Positions 48,293 to 57,076 of a stretch of DNA of 64,000 nt are shown here, piece after piece. The stretch comes from Alphaproteobacteria bacterium MedPE-SWcel (GTDB lineage Bacteria > Pseudomonadota > Alphaproteobacteria > Rhodobacterales > Rhodobacteraceae). The translations under genes were made by a program, and so were the position numbers. The stretch is from positions 30,490 to 94,489 of the forward strand of contig MPDC01000009.1 of the NCBI GenBank assembly GCA_001874255.1. The letters are read 5' to 3'. Below the pieces are notes generated by a model. It saw only the letters and a program-made list of their open reading frames with translations, was not told the origin of the DNA and made no database searches. Position 1 is the first letter of the stretch, and every line of letters starts with the position of its first letter.

Positions 48293-48434
48293 AACAGCCG
48301 CCATCCCGTCATTCCAGTGTAGAGCAGCATGTTTCGCATCAATCCGCAGCGCGGCAACCTGCCTGACCCGCGAAAGATGGCATCATTGCGCGCGCTTTAT
48401 ACAAACCGCGCCCCTCGCTGCCGGATGACGGTTC

Positions 48435-49190
48435 TCAGGACCGTACGAATACCGGCTGCCCCGGCGTCGACGCGGCCGCATCAAAGGCATATCCTCCGAC
48501 AGTAAAATCCACGATGTCAGAGGCGGTTGCGACACCGGTTTCGAGGACCCAGCGCGCCATTGCACCGCGGGCGCGTTTTGCAGCCATGCCAATGACGCGC
48601 CGCACGCCTGCGCGATCTTCTTCAAAGCGCGGGCTGACCATCGACAGTCCCGCCAGGGCGTCCCGGCTCACGGCTTTGCCATATTCCTCGGATGCGAGAT
48701 TGAGCACGGTTTCGGTTCCCAATGCGGCGGCGTCCTGCACGATGGCCTCGGCGATCTGTGTGCCCCAAAACTTGTAAAGCGTGCCCGCTGCATGGCCGGG
48801 ACATTTGCGCCCCATCTCCAGACGATAGGCGCAGACCCCATCAGAGGGGCGCAGCAGGCCATACAGACCCGACAGCAGCCGCAAGCGACGGGGCGCATCC
48901 CGGCGCGCGACATCGTTCAAGGTTGCAAATTCAAGCTCCTTGTAGACATCCCCGTCGAACATCAACCCGGCCGCGCAGTCTCCGTCGCGCGTCCAGCTGA
49001 GAAACCGCTCTCGGTTCAACTTGGCAATCGCCGGAGAGACTTTCATGATTGCGCTGATCTCGTCCTCGGACCAGTGGCGCGCCACGGACACCAGCTCTTC
49101 CGCCTGATCGAGGAACCGCGGCACCGTTGTCGCCTGCCCGGCAGCCCTTTGTTCGTTCACATTCTTGGCGGGCGAAAGCAAAATAATCAC
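48435..49190 (-). CDS. yaaA: YaaA (UPF0246) peroxide-stress DNA-binding protein
   Basis: LLSPAK, FDGDVY, LSGLYGLLRP, YRLEMG, NLASEEY and AKRARGAMARW; GTG start at 49190. Confidence 0.9.
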   Translation of the reverse strand: MIILLSPAKNVNEQRAAGQATTVPRFLDQAEELVSVARHWSEDEISAIMKVSPAIAKLNRERFLSWTRDGDCAAGLMFDGDVYKELEFATLNDVARRDAPRRLRLLSGLYGLLRPSDGVCAYRLEMGRKCPGHAAGTLYKFWGTQIAEAIVQDAAALGTETVLNLASEEYGKAVSRDALAGLSMVSPRFEEDRAGVRRVIGMAAKRARGAMARWVLETGVATASDIVDFTVGGYAFDAAASTPGQPVFVRS

Positions 49191-49326
49191 CGGGTGGTCT
49201 CCGTTGTTTTGTGCGGTTCGGAAAGACGGGTCTCTTTCCGGGGGATACAGGTGGACTAGCCTCTTTTGCACCGACAAGGCAACCGGAATGGCAAGCGCCA
49301 GACCGCCAAATGACCGCAGAGCCAAC

Positions 49327-51366
49327 CTACCCTGCGCCGCGCAGGACATCCAGAAACGCCAACGCGAAACGTTCGGCGCGGCGCTCCCCCAGGAGGCGCT
49401 CCAACCCGGTCTGATCGTCACTGCGCATCTGAGCCACCTTCGCCAGCATCGACGCCGAGCACGTCAGCGGTTTCTGCGTCCCACACGTGCCGCGCTGCAA
49501 TTGCGCCTGAACCTCAAGCAGCGTGTCATAGATCGATCCCTGTTCGCGGCCCGCCAACTTGCGCCGCGCCGGATGCAGCGCGGCGGCCTCTCCGGTGATG
49601 ACGTTCAGGAAATCATCGCCGTAGCGGTCCAGCTTTTTGGCCCCAACTCCGCTGATCCGCGCCATTTCATCAAGCGTTTGCGGCCGTCGCTCTGCCATTT
49701 CGATCAAGGTCCGGTCCGGGAAGATCACATAGGCCGGCACCTTCTGCGCCTCTGCAAGCGCCCGGCGTTTGGCCTTGAGTGCCGACATCAGCGGGGCGTC
49801 CTCTTCCGAGACCAATTCCCTGACCGCCGGGCGGCGCGTGGCGGATTTCACCGTGTCCCTGCGCAGCGTTATCCCGGCTTCGCCCTTCAGGATCGGAAGA
49901 GCCGGCTCGGTCATCCGCAGCGCCCCGTGACGTTCGGGATCAGGACGCACCAGATCACGGCCCATCATCTGCCGAAAGATTGCCTGCCATTGCGGTTTGG
50001 AATGCTCCTTGCCACAGGCAAAGACGGACAAATCGTCGTGCTTTTTCTGCCGCACCCGCTCCGTGGAGTTCCCCACCAGGATATCGATCAGATGACCGGC
50101 GCCGTAGGTCTCGTCGGTGCGCAACATCGCCGACAAGGCCTTGCGCACGGCCACGGTGCCGTCAAATGTCGCCACCGGCGTATCGCAGAGGTCGCAATTG
50201 CCGCATGGCCCGGTCTCTTCGCCAAAATACCCCAGCAATGTCTGGCGACGGCACGTCATCGCTTCGGCCAACCCGAGAAGCGCATTCAGCCGGGCATGAT
50301 CCGCCGTGCGCCGTTCCGGCGGTGCCAGTCCTTCGTCAATTTGCGTCCGGCGCAGACGTATGTCTTCGGGACCAAACAGCGTCATCGTTTCCGCCGGAGC
50401 GCCATCACGCCCCCCCCGACCGATCTCCTGATAATATGCCTCGATGGATTTCGGCAGATCTGCATGGGCCACCCAACGGATGTCCGGCTTGTCGATACCC
50501 ATGCCGAAGGCCACGGTCGCCACGACAATGAGCCCGTCTTCGCGGGCAAAGCGGGTCTCGACCCTGCGCCGATCTTCGGCTTCCATGCCGCCGTGATAGT
50601 GACATGCCACATGGCCGGACGCGTCCAGCGCACGCGCAATATCTTCGGTCTTGGCGCGGGTACCACAATAGACGATGCCCGACTGGCCCCTGCGGGCATC
50701 GGCAAAATCGAGGATCTGCTTGCGCGGGCTGTCCTTGGCGGCGAAGGCCAGGTGGATATTGGGCCGGTCAAAACCGCGCAGGAAGGCGCGCGGCGCGGCG
50801 CCATCGAACAGTTTCTGGACGATTTCTTCCTGCGTTTCCTGATCTGCCGTCGCGGTAAAGGCCGCCAGTGGCACGCCCAATGTGCGACGCAGCTCGCCTA
50901 TCCGCAGGTAATCAGGCCGGAAATCATGGCCCCACTGGCTGACGCAATGGGCCTCGTCCACGGCGATCATCGACGCCCCGATGCGCCGCAACATGCCCAT
51001 GGCGCTCCCCGCCGCCAGACGCTCCGGCGCCATGTACAGCAGCTTCAGCTCGCCCGCTTCGATTGCGGCCCACACCGCTTCTGTTTCTTCATCGGTGTTG
51101 CCGGAGGTCAGCGCCCCCGCACAGACACCGGCTTCCTGCAGCGCCCGGACCTGGTCGCGCATCAGGGCGATCAGCGGCGAAATCACCACCGTGATGCCCT
51201 CGCGGCGCAGGGCGGGCAGCTGAAAACACAGGGACTTGCCACCACCTGTCGGCATGATCGCCAGAACGTTTTCCCCCGCGGTCACAGCTTCGACGATCTC
51301 TTCCTGACCGGGACGAAAGCCGTCGAAGCCGAAGATATCGCGCAACAGGGGGATTGCGTCGGTCAT
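49327..51366 (-). CDS. recQ: ATP-dependent DNA helicase RecQ
   Basis: MPTGGGKSLCFQ, VDEAHCVSQWGHDFRP, QEIGRGGRDG, Zn-binding CRR...CGNCDLC, RQC and HRDC regions. Confidence 0.97.
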   Translation of the reverse strand: MTDAIPLLRDIFGFDGFRPGQEEIVEAVTAGENVLAIMPTGGGKSLCFQLPALRREGITVVISPLIALMRDQVRALQEAGVCAGALTSGNTDEETEAVWAAIEAGELKLLYMAPERLAAGSAMGMLRRIGASMIAVDEAHCVSQWGHDFRPDYLRIGELRRTLGVPLAAFTATADQETQEEIVQKLFDGAAPRAFLRGFDRPNIHLAFAAKDSPRKQILDFADARRGQSGIVYCGTRAKTEDIARALDASGHVACHYHGGMEAEDRRRVETRFAREDGLIVVATVAFGMGIDKPDIRWVAHADLPKSIEAYYQEIGRGGRDGAPAETMTLFGPEDIRLRRTQIDEGLAPPERRTADHARLNALLGLAEAMTCRRQTLLGYFGEETGPCGNCDLCDTPVATFDGTVAVRKALSAMLRTDETYGAGHLIDILVGNSTERVRQKKHDDLSVFACGKEHSKPQWQAIFRQMMGRDLVRPDPERHGALRMTEPALPILKGEAGITLRRDTVKSATRRPAVRELVSEEDAPLMSALKAKRRALAEAQKVPAYVIFPDRTLIEMAERRPQTLDEMARISGVGAKKLDRYGDDFLNVITGEAAALHPARRKLAGREQGSIYDTLLEVQAQLQRGTCGTQKPLTCSASMLAKVAQMRSDDQTGLERLLGERRAERFALAFLDVLRGAG

Positions 51367-51546
51367 GCTGGGGGGCCTGTGGGTTTGGTGCTCATGATTT
51401 GAGCGGCACAATCCCACAGGTCGAATCGGCGCACAAGGGCAACCAGATCAGATCCCGCAATGAGAAGGCCCTCAGGCCGCCACCCGCCACAAACGCGGCA
51501 GCTCTCTCGCCTGCTCTGTCTCCAGCGCGGGACCGTCGCTGTCGCG

Positions 51547-51834
51547 TCAGTAGAATGCAGCGGCGTTGTTGGTCAGGATGATGCGCAGCGCATAGACCGC
51601 GATCAAAACCACCAGCGGTGCCAGATCCACGCCCTGCATATTGGGCATGAGGCGGCGCACGGGGGTGTAAATCGGCTCCAGAATGCGGTTCAGACCATAC
51701 CAGATCTGCGCCACGAACTGTTGGTTGAGGTTCAGAACCTGAAAGTTGATCAACCAGCTCATGATGACGTGGGCAATAATGAAGAACCAGACAACGTCCA
51801 GAACCAGCATCAGGATTTGAAACAGCGACTGCAT
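51547..51834 (-). CDS. YggT family membrane protein
   Basis: IMSWLINF, EPIYTPVRRLMP and DLAPLVVL. Confidence 0.9.
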   Translation of the reverse strand: MQSLFQILMLVLDVVWFFIIAHVIMSWLINFQVLNLNQQFVAQIWYGLNRILEPIYTPVRRLMPNMQGVDLAPLVVLIAVYALRIILTNNAAAFY

Positions 51835-51966
51835 CTTGCGAACTTCCTTTTTCGGACGTGTAACAGGTAGGCAGGAGATGCCGATTTCGCAACCCTTCCG
51901 CAAGGTCCCTGGTTGACGTGATGTGAACAGGTGGCATCTAGGAGACAAGTAAACCGGAGCGTTCAG

Positions 51967-52545
51967 ATGTACCCGATTGTCCGCCTGCTGAAAGACGCAG
52001 CCCTCGCCAGCCGCCAATCGCCTCTGGCGCCGCTGGATACCCATGTATCGCGCCATCGCTGCTGGCCCTGGGATATCGACATCTGGATGGAGCTGAACAA
52101 CGGCCGCACGCTGACGCTCTATGATCTCGGACGCACCATGCTGACCCTGCGCACGGGCCTCGCCACGGTGCTGAAGCGGGAAAAATGGGCGGTGGCGGTC
52201 GCCGGCACCTCAATCCGCTATCGCCGCCGCATCAAGGCGTTCGAGACCTTCGAGATGAAAACCCGCGCCATCGGATGGGATGACCGGTTTATCTACGTCG
52301 AGCAGGGCATGTGGAAGGCAAGCGGCGAATGCGCCAACCACGCCCTGTTGCGTACCGTCGTGACCGACAGCTCCGGGATCGTGGCTCCGGCCCGCGTGAT
52401 CGAGGCCTGGGGCGCCGGGATTGACAGTCCGCAACTGCCGGAATGGGTCCTCGCCTGGTGCGCCGCAGAGGACAAACGCCCCTGGCCGCCCATGGGGGAC
52501 GCACCGCAAAGCCTGCGTGATGAAAGGCTTGCCAGCGCCTCCTGA
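51967..52545 (+). CDS. Acyl-CoA thioesterase (4HBT-like hotdog fold)
   Basis: WPWDIDIWMELNNGRTLTLYDLGR motif. Confidence 0.82.
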   Translation: MYPIVRLLKDAALASRQSPLAPLDTHVSRHRCWPWDIDIWMELNNGRTLTLYDLGRTMLTLRTGLATVLKREKWAVAVAGTSIRYRRRIKAFETFEMKTRAIGWDDRFIYVEQGMWKASGECANHALLRTVVTDSSGIVAPARVIEAWGAGIDSPQLPEWVLAWCAAEDKRPWPPMGDAPQSLRDERLASAS

Positions 52546-52590
52546 GGCCTGCCATACCTTGGCCGGATCAGAACGGTCCCGGGGGCAGAC

Positions 52591-53973
52591 ATGGCGGAAC
52601 TCAGCACGGCACAAACGTCCCTGCGCAAACGCATCTGGGGGTGGTGGTTTTTCGACTGGGCCAGCCAACCGTACCACACATTGCTGGTCACATTCGTGTT
52701 CGGCCCCTTCTTTGCGGCAACCGCGACGCAGTATTTCCTAGGCACCGGACTCGACGGCGAGGCCGCCCGTGCACAGGCACAATCGAGCTGGTCGCTCTGC
52801 CTCACGATCACGGGTCTGATCATCGGCCTCTCGGCTCCATTCCTCGGGGCTCTGGCCGATCTCGCAGGGCGGAAATTGCCGTGGATCATAGGGTTTTCCG
52901 CCGCTTACGTGCTGGGATCCGCAGGGCTATGGTTCATGGATCCGGACGGCAGCAACCTGTGGTGGATGTTGATCAGCTTTGGCATCGGCTTTATCGGAGC
53001 GGAGTTCGCGCTGGTCTTTGTCAATGCGCAATTGCCGTCGCTCGGCACCAAGGAAGAGCTGGGACAAGTCTCGGGATCCGGCTTTGCCTTTGGCTACCTC
53101 GGCGGCGTCATTTCGCTGTTCATCGTACTGTTGCTGTTCGTCGAGCAGGACAGCGGCAAGACATTGATCGGCCTGGATCCGGTGCTGGGTCTGGACGCCA
53201 CCAAAAAGGAAGGCACCCGCGCCGTCGGACCCTTTGTGGCGATCTGGTTTGCGGTCTTCATGCTGCCCTATTTCCTTTGGGTGCGCGAGCCACGAACCGC
53301 CAGACAGGGCCGCGCGAGCCCGGGACGGGCGATCGCCATGGTGGTCGCCTCGGTCAAGGGCTTGGCGCATCGCCGGAGCATGGCAAACTACCTCGTCTCC
53401 TCCATGTTGTACCGCGACGCGTTGAACGGTCTCTATGGCTTTGGCGGCGTCTATGCCGGGTTGGTCCTGGATTGGTCGATCACGCAGATCGGCATCTTCG
53501 GCATCATCGCCGCGATTTCGGCCGCCGCCTTCAGCTGGGTCGGGGGGCTGCTGGATCGCCGATTGGGTCCGAAACCAGTGATCATCGCGGCCATATTGGT
53601 GCTGAGTTGTGTCTGCCTGATCGTGGTCAGCATGTCCCGGGTCCAGATCTTCGGGATTGCCCTTGCCCCCGGATCCAGCCTGCCGGACCAGATCTTTTTT
53701 GCCTGCGGCGTGCTGATCGGAGGCTTCGGCGGAATATTGCAGGCCACCAGTCGCACCTTGATGGTGCGGCACACCTCCCCCGAAACCGAGACCGAAGCCT
53801 TTGGTCTCTATGGGCTTTCCGGGCGCGCAACCGCCTTTCTCGCGCCCGCATTGATTGGCGTGATGACAACACTGACGGGAAATGCGCGCCTCGGGATCAC
53901 ACCGGTGATTGCGCTCTTTGCCCTCGGTCTGCTTTTATTGGCATGGGTGGACGGCGAAGGAGATCAGGATTGA
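52591..53973 (+). CDS. MFS transporter (UMF1 family)
   Basis: WWFFDWASQPY, GRVSG-like GQVSGSGFAFGYLGG, and FGLYGLSGRAT; about 12 TM. Confidence 0.88.
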   Translation: MAELSTAQTSLRKRIWGWWFFDWASQPYHTLLVTFVFGPFFAATATQYFLGTGLDGEAARAQAQSSWSLCLTITGLIIGLSAPFLGALADLAGRKLPWIIGFSAAYVLGSAGLWFMDPDGSNLWWMLISFGIGFIGAEFALVFVNAQLPSLGTKEELGQVSGSGFAFGYLGGVISLFIVLLLFVEQDSGKTLIGLDPVLGLDATKKEGTRAVGPFVAIWFAVFMLPYFLWVREPRTARQGRASPGRAIAMVVASVKGLAHRRSMANYLVSSMLYRDALNGLYGFGGVYAGLVLDWSITQIGIFGIIAAISAAAFSWVGGLLDRRLGPKPVIIAAILVLSCVCLIVVSMSRVQIFGIALAPGSSLPDQIFFACGVLIGGFGGILQATSRTLMVRHTSPETETEAFGLYGLSGRATAFLAPALIGVMTTLTGNARLGITPVIALFALGLLLLAWVDGEGDQD

Positions 53974-54890
53974 GGTTCATTCGACATATCACCCTCGCGG
54001 CATTGTTGCTCGCGGCCTGTGCTCCCGCGCAGGACAGCCGCCGGACCACCCCGGCGGCCTTCGCCAATAAAGCGGCGGCATCGGGACCCGCGAAGCAGTT
54101 GTTCGGGGCCAAGCGCAGCGCCTCTGCCCAGCGCCCGGCGCCTTTCGGATCCTACGCCAAGGGCTGTGTTGCCGGCGCGGCGCAATTGCCGGAGACCGGT
54201 CCGACCTGGCAGGCCATGCGCCTCAGCCGAAATCGCAATTGGGGGCACCCGGAAACCATCGGTTTTATCAGCGATCTGAGCCGTGTGGCAGCGCGCATGC
54301 CCGGCTGGCAGGGCCTCTATGTGGGTGATATCAGCCAACCCAGAGGCGGGCCCATGCTGTCGGGCCACCGCAGCCATCAGATCGGGCTGGATGCGGATAT
54401 CTGGATGCTGCCGCCTGAACGGCTCGATCTCAGCCGCGAAGCGCGGGAGAATATCTCATCCATCTCGCTGCGGCGCTCCAACGGGGCCTATGTGAACAGC
54501 AACTGGAGCGCCCAGCACCACGCCATTCTCAAGGCGGCTGCCGAGGATCCCCGTGTCGCGCGGATCTTTGTCTTCCCCGGCGCGAAGGTCAAAATGTGCG
54601 ATACGGAAACCGGTGATCGCAGCTATCTGCGCAAGATCCGGCCCTGGTGGGGACATCATTATCACTTCCACGTCCGGCTGAACTGTCCGCGCGGGGCGCG
54701 GGGCTGCGTTGACCAGGCTCCGCCGCCACCGGGGGATGGCTGTGACGATGCGCGCCAGTGGGTGGCCGACATCCTTGATCCGCCGCCGCCGAAACCCGCC
54801 GATCCGAATGCGCCAAAGCCCAAACCCCGCAGGGACTACACACTCACGGATCTCCCACAGCAATGCGCAGCCGTCCTATCCTCCGACTGA
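53970..54890 (+). CDS. mepA: Penicillin-insensitive murein endopeptidase (lipoprotein)
   Basis: TTG start overlapping MFS stop; lipobox LAA-C; GDISQPRGGPMLSGHRSHQIGLDADIW and GHHYHFHVRL. Confidence 0.92.
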   Translation: MRFIRHITLAALLLAACAPAQDSRRTTPAAFANKAAASGPAKQLFGAKRSASAQRPAPFGSYAKGCVAGAAQLPETGPTWQAMRLSRNRNWGHPETIGFISDLSRVAARMPGWQGLYVGDISQPRGGPMLSGHRSHQIGLDADIWMLPPERLDLSREARENISSISLRRSNGAYVNSNWSAQHHAILKAAAEDPRVARIFVFPGAKVKMCDTETGDRSYLRKIRPWWGHHYHFHVRLNCPRGARGCVDQAPPPPGDGCDDARQWVADILDPPPPKPADPNAPKPKPRRDYTLTDLPQQCAAVLSSD

Positions 54891-55786
54891 TCTCGCTCGC
54901 CATTGCGGCTTTGTTCATGCTCTACGCCGCGGCCTGGGCCGCGACTGCCGTGTGGAACGTCAGCAGGGCCGCGACCAACACGGCCGAATTCATCGGCAGC
55001 TACAGGTGGAATGTATCGGCGCCGTGGTTTGGTGGTCTCTCCGGCCTCGAAGTCACAGAGGACGGCACCGGGTTCACCGCGATCACCGACCGGTCCCATA
55101 GGGTCGAAGGGATCTTCCGGCGTCGGGATGGCCAGGTCTATGACATTCAGATCACGCGCGACCGGCGGCTGGCGGACCACGACCGGCAGCAGATCGCCAC
55201 CAGCAGAGAAGATAGCGAAGGTTTGGCCGTTGCGGCGGACGGGACAACCTATATCTCTTTTGAAAGCCCGCACCGAGTGGTCGAATACACGGAGAGCGGC
55301 ACACGCCAACTTCCGCATCCGCCCGACTTCACCACGTTCCGTTTCAACAAATCCTTTGAAACGCTGGCCGTGGACACGTCGGGCCGACTGCTTCTGGTCG
55401 CGGAAAAACCGTCATCGCAGCCAGGCGTGTCCCAGGTCTGGGTCTGGCAGGAAACAACCGGATGGCAAGGACTGGGCGCCTACCCCGGCCACAATGGATT
55501 TTTGCCGGTTGGCGCTGATTTTGGACCGGATGGGGGTTTGTATGTGCTGGAACGGAAATTTGGCTCCGTCGGATTTCGCACCCGCCTCCGACGTTTTACG
55601 CTCTCACGAGAGGGGCTTGCCGGGGGACAAATTCTGCTGAACACCGCTCTCGCACAGCATGACAATCTCGAAGGCCTGAGTATCTGGCGAGACGCGGCAG
55701 GGGCGCTGCGGGCGACGATGATATCGGACGACAACTTTCTCTGGATACAGCGCACGGAAATCGTAGAGTACCGCCTGCCGGAGTAA
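54863..55786 (+). CDS. Exported esterase-like/phytase-family beta-propeller protein
   Basis: N-terminal hydrophobic segment; FGGLSGL, DSEGLA, DNLEGL and ISDDNF. Confidence 0.8.
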   Translation: MRSRPILRLISLAIAALFMLYAAAWAATAVWNVSRAATNTAEFIGSYRWNVSAPWFGGLSGLEVTEDGTGFTAITDRSHRVEGIFRRRDGQVYDIQITRDRRLADHDRQQIATSREDSEGLAVAADGTTYISFESPHRVVEYTESGTRQLPHPPDFTTFRFNKSFETLAVDTSGRLLLVAEKPSSQPGVSQVWVWQETTGWQGLGAYPGHNGFLPVGADFGPDGGLYVLERKFGSVGFRTRLRRFTLSREGLAGGQILLNTALAQHDNLEGLSIWRDAAGALRATMISDDNFLWIQRTEIVEYRLPE

Positions 55787-55812
55787 CACCGCCCGGCCGA
55801 GTGGCGAATCGC

Positions 55813-55841
55813 TTGCATTTGCATCTGTGGCCCACTAGACG
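55813..55841 (+). promoter_or_regulatory. Putative sigma70 promoter of the riboswitch-VUT transcript
   Basis: TTGCAT-N17-TAGACG ending 30 nt upstream of the aptamer. Confidence 0.5.
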
Positions 55842-55871
55842 CAACGATCATTTGCGTCCTTCCACGGGTGC

Positions 55872-55903
55872 ACAAGTCTCCGCGACCTTGTCTAAAAAAC
55901 GGA
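55872..55903 (+). promoter_or_regulatory. Class I preQ1 riboswitch aptamer (predicted)
   Basis: P1 ACAAG/CUUGU; 10-nt loop UCUCCGCGAC; tail CUAAAAAACGGA; pseudoknot UCCG/CGGA; ends 7 nt before the ATG of a queuosine-precursor transporter. Confidence 0.8.
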
Positions 55904-55910
55904 TCCAGAT

Positions 55911-56543
55911 ATGACCCGCACTTATCTTCCTGGCATTCTTGCCATGGCCGCCGTTGTTGTGGCCTCCAATATCCTCGTTCAGTTTCTCTTCGGCAACTGG
56001 CTGACCTGGGGCGCCTTTACCTACCCGGTCGCCTTTCTCGTCACCGATGTCATGAACCGCGTCTACGGCGCCACCGCGGCACGCCGCGTTGTTCTGGCGG
56101 GCTTTGCCGTCGGCGTGATCTGCTCCCTTGTCGGCACTCAGATCATGGGCGAATTCGGCCCCCTCGTCACCCTGCGCATCGCCATCGGCTCCGGCGTGGC
56201 CTTCCTCGTGGCGCAACTGTCAGACGTGGCAATCTTTTCCGCATTGCGCGGGGGGAAATGGTGGCGCGCGCCGCTGGCCTCGACATTGGTCGGCTCCACG
56301 CTGGACACCGCCATCTTCTTTACAGTCGCCTTCTCCGGCGCCCTGACGGCGCTGGAACCGGCCAACGATGTCTCCTGGGCGGGCGAAATGCTGCCGCTTC
56401 TGGGTGCCGGACCTGTGGCGCCGCTCTGGGTGTCTCTGGCCGTGGCCGACTGGGGCGTAAAGCTCTCTCTGGCACTTGTCGCGCTCATCCCGTTCCGCCT
56501 GATCGTTGCCCGTCTGGCGGGCAGCCAGACCACCACGGCCTGA
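55911..56543 (+). CDS. VUT family (YhhQ/DUF165) queuosine-precursor transporter
   Basis: ASNILVQF, LTWGAFTYPVAFLVTDVMNRVYG, IAIGSGVAFLVAQLSDV and DTAIFFTVAF. Confidence 0.9.
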   Translation: MTRTYLPGILAMAAVVVASNILVQFLFGNWLTWGAFTYPVAFLVTDVMNRVYGATAARRVVLAGFAVGVICSLVGTQIMGEFGPLVTLRIAIGSGVAFLVAQLSDVAIFSALRGGKWWRAPLASTLVGSTLDTAIFFTVAFSGALTALEPANDVSWAGEMLPLLGAGPVAPLWVSLAVADWGVKLSLALVALIPFRLIVARLAGSQTTTA

Positions 56544-56627
56544 TTTCGCGCGAATTTCATTTGGCGATCCTCCGCATCCGTGCCAGTCTCAGGACTATCG
56601 GAAACAATGAGTAAAGGAGGTGATCCA

Positions 56628-56684
56628 GTGTCAAGAAAGGTATTGGAACAAGGCGCAGCAACAACCGGAGCGGCCCACCCCTGA
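56628..56684 (+). CDS. Candidate 18-aa peptide MSRKVLEQGAATTGAAHP
   Basis: GTG start 7 nt after GGAGG within AAAGGAGGTGATCCAG; TGA at 56682. Translation unproven. Confidence 0.4.
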   Translation: MSRKVLEQGAATTGAAHP

Positions 56685-56761
56685 GGCAGCCCTCGTTGGC
56701 AGAGGCCGCACCGGCCGGGTTGGAATGCCCTCACCTGCCTTTGTTCTCAACAGACCTTCGG

Positions 56762-56791
56762 AAGGGCCGCTCCAGATCGGGCGGCCCTTTT
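56762..56791 (+). terminator. Rho-independent terminator
   Basis: AAGGGCCGCTC-CAGATC-GGGCGGCCCTT followed by TT (T-run 56788-56791). Confidence 0.8.
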
Positions 56792-56876
56792 CCCGTCCAC
56801 AGAGCTTCCCGTCCACAGCTTCCTGTCCAGAGCGTCCTGTCCAGAGCGTCCTGTCCAGAGCGTCCTGTCCAGGGGC
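56791..56876. repeat. Tandem array about 6 x 14 bp (TCCTGTCCAGAGCG)
   Basis: Perfect units at 56821, 56835 and 56849; variant units at 56791, 56807 and 56863. Confidence 0.92.
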
Positions 56877-57076
56877 CAGCATGTCAGGCTGCCTTTCATG
56901 TCAGGGATCTCTTCCGGCTATCCGGCGACACATCCGAAAACGGGTTCGCAATGCCAATAGCAGACCAGATTGACGCTCCGCGATCTCCCCCGCGATCTCC
57001 GACTTGCGTACAATAGATCGGTCCAGGCTGCGGTTCTGGCTTTGCCCTGCCGCAACAACGCCCTATTGTCCGCCCC

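Larger units (their letters stand above)
56597..56791 (+). ncRNA. Candidate structured small RNA / small-ORF transcript (5' end approximate)
   Basis: Possible promoter TTGGCG-N17-CAGTCT (56561-56589); long-range stems 56609-56628/56720-56746 and 56665-56675/56704-56714; own terminator. Confidence 0.55.

Noticed and set aside
52641-54890. 749-aa ORF suggesting a large MepA fusion
   Set aside because: Its first 443 codons overlap the MFS gene in another frame; the real mepA starts at TTG 53970 with a lipobox.
56613-56628. 16S rRNA gene fragment on the minus strand
   Set aside because: The match stops after 16 nt: true 16S would continue CCGCAGG on this strand, but the sequence continues TGTC. 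It is interpreted as an extended SD.
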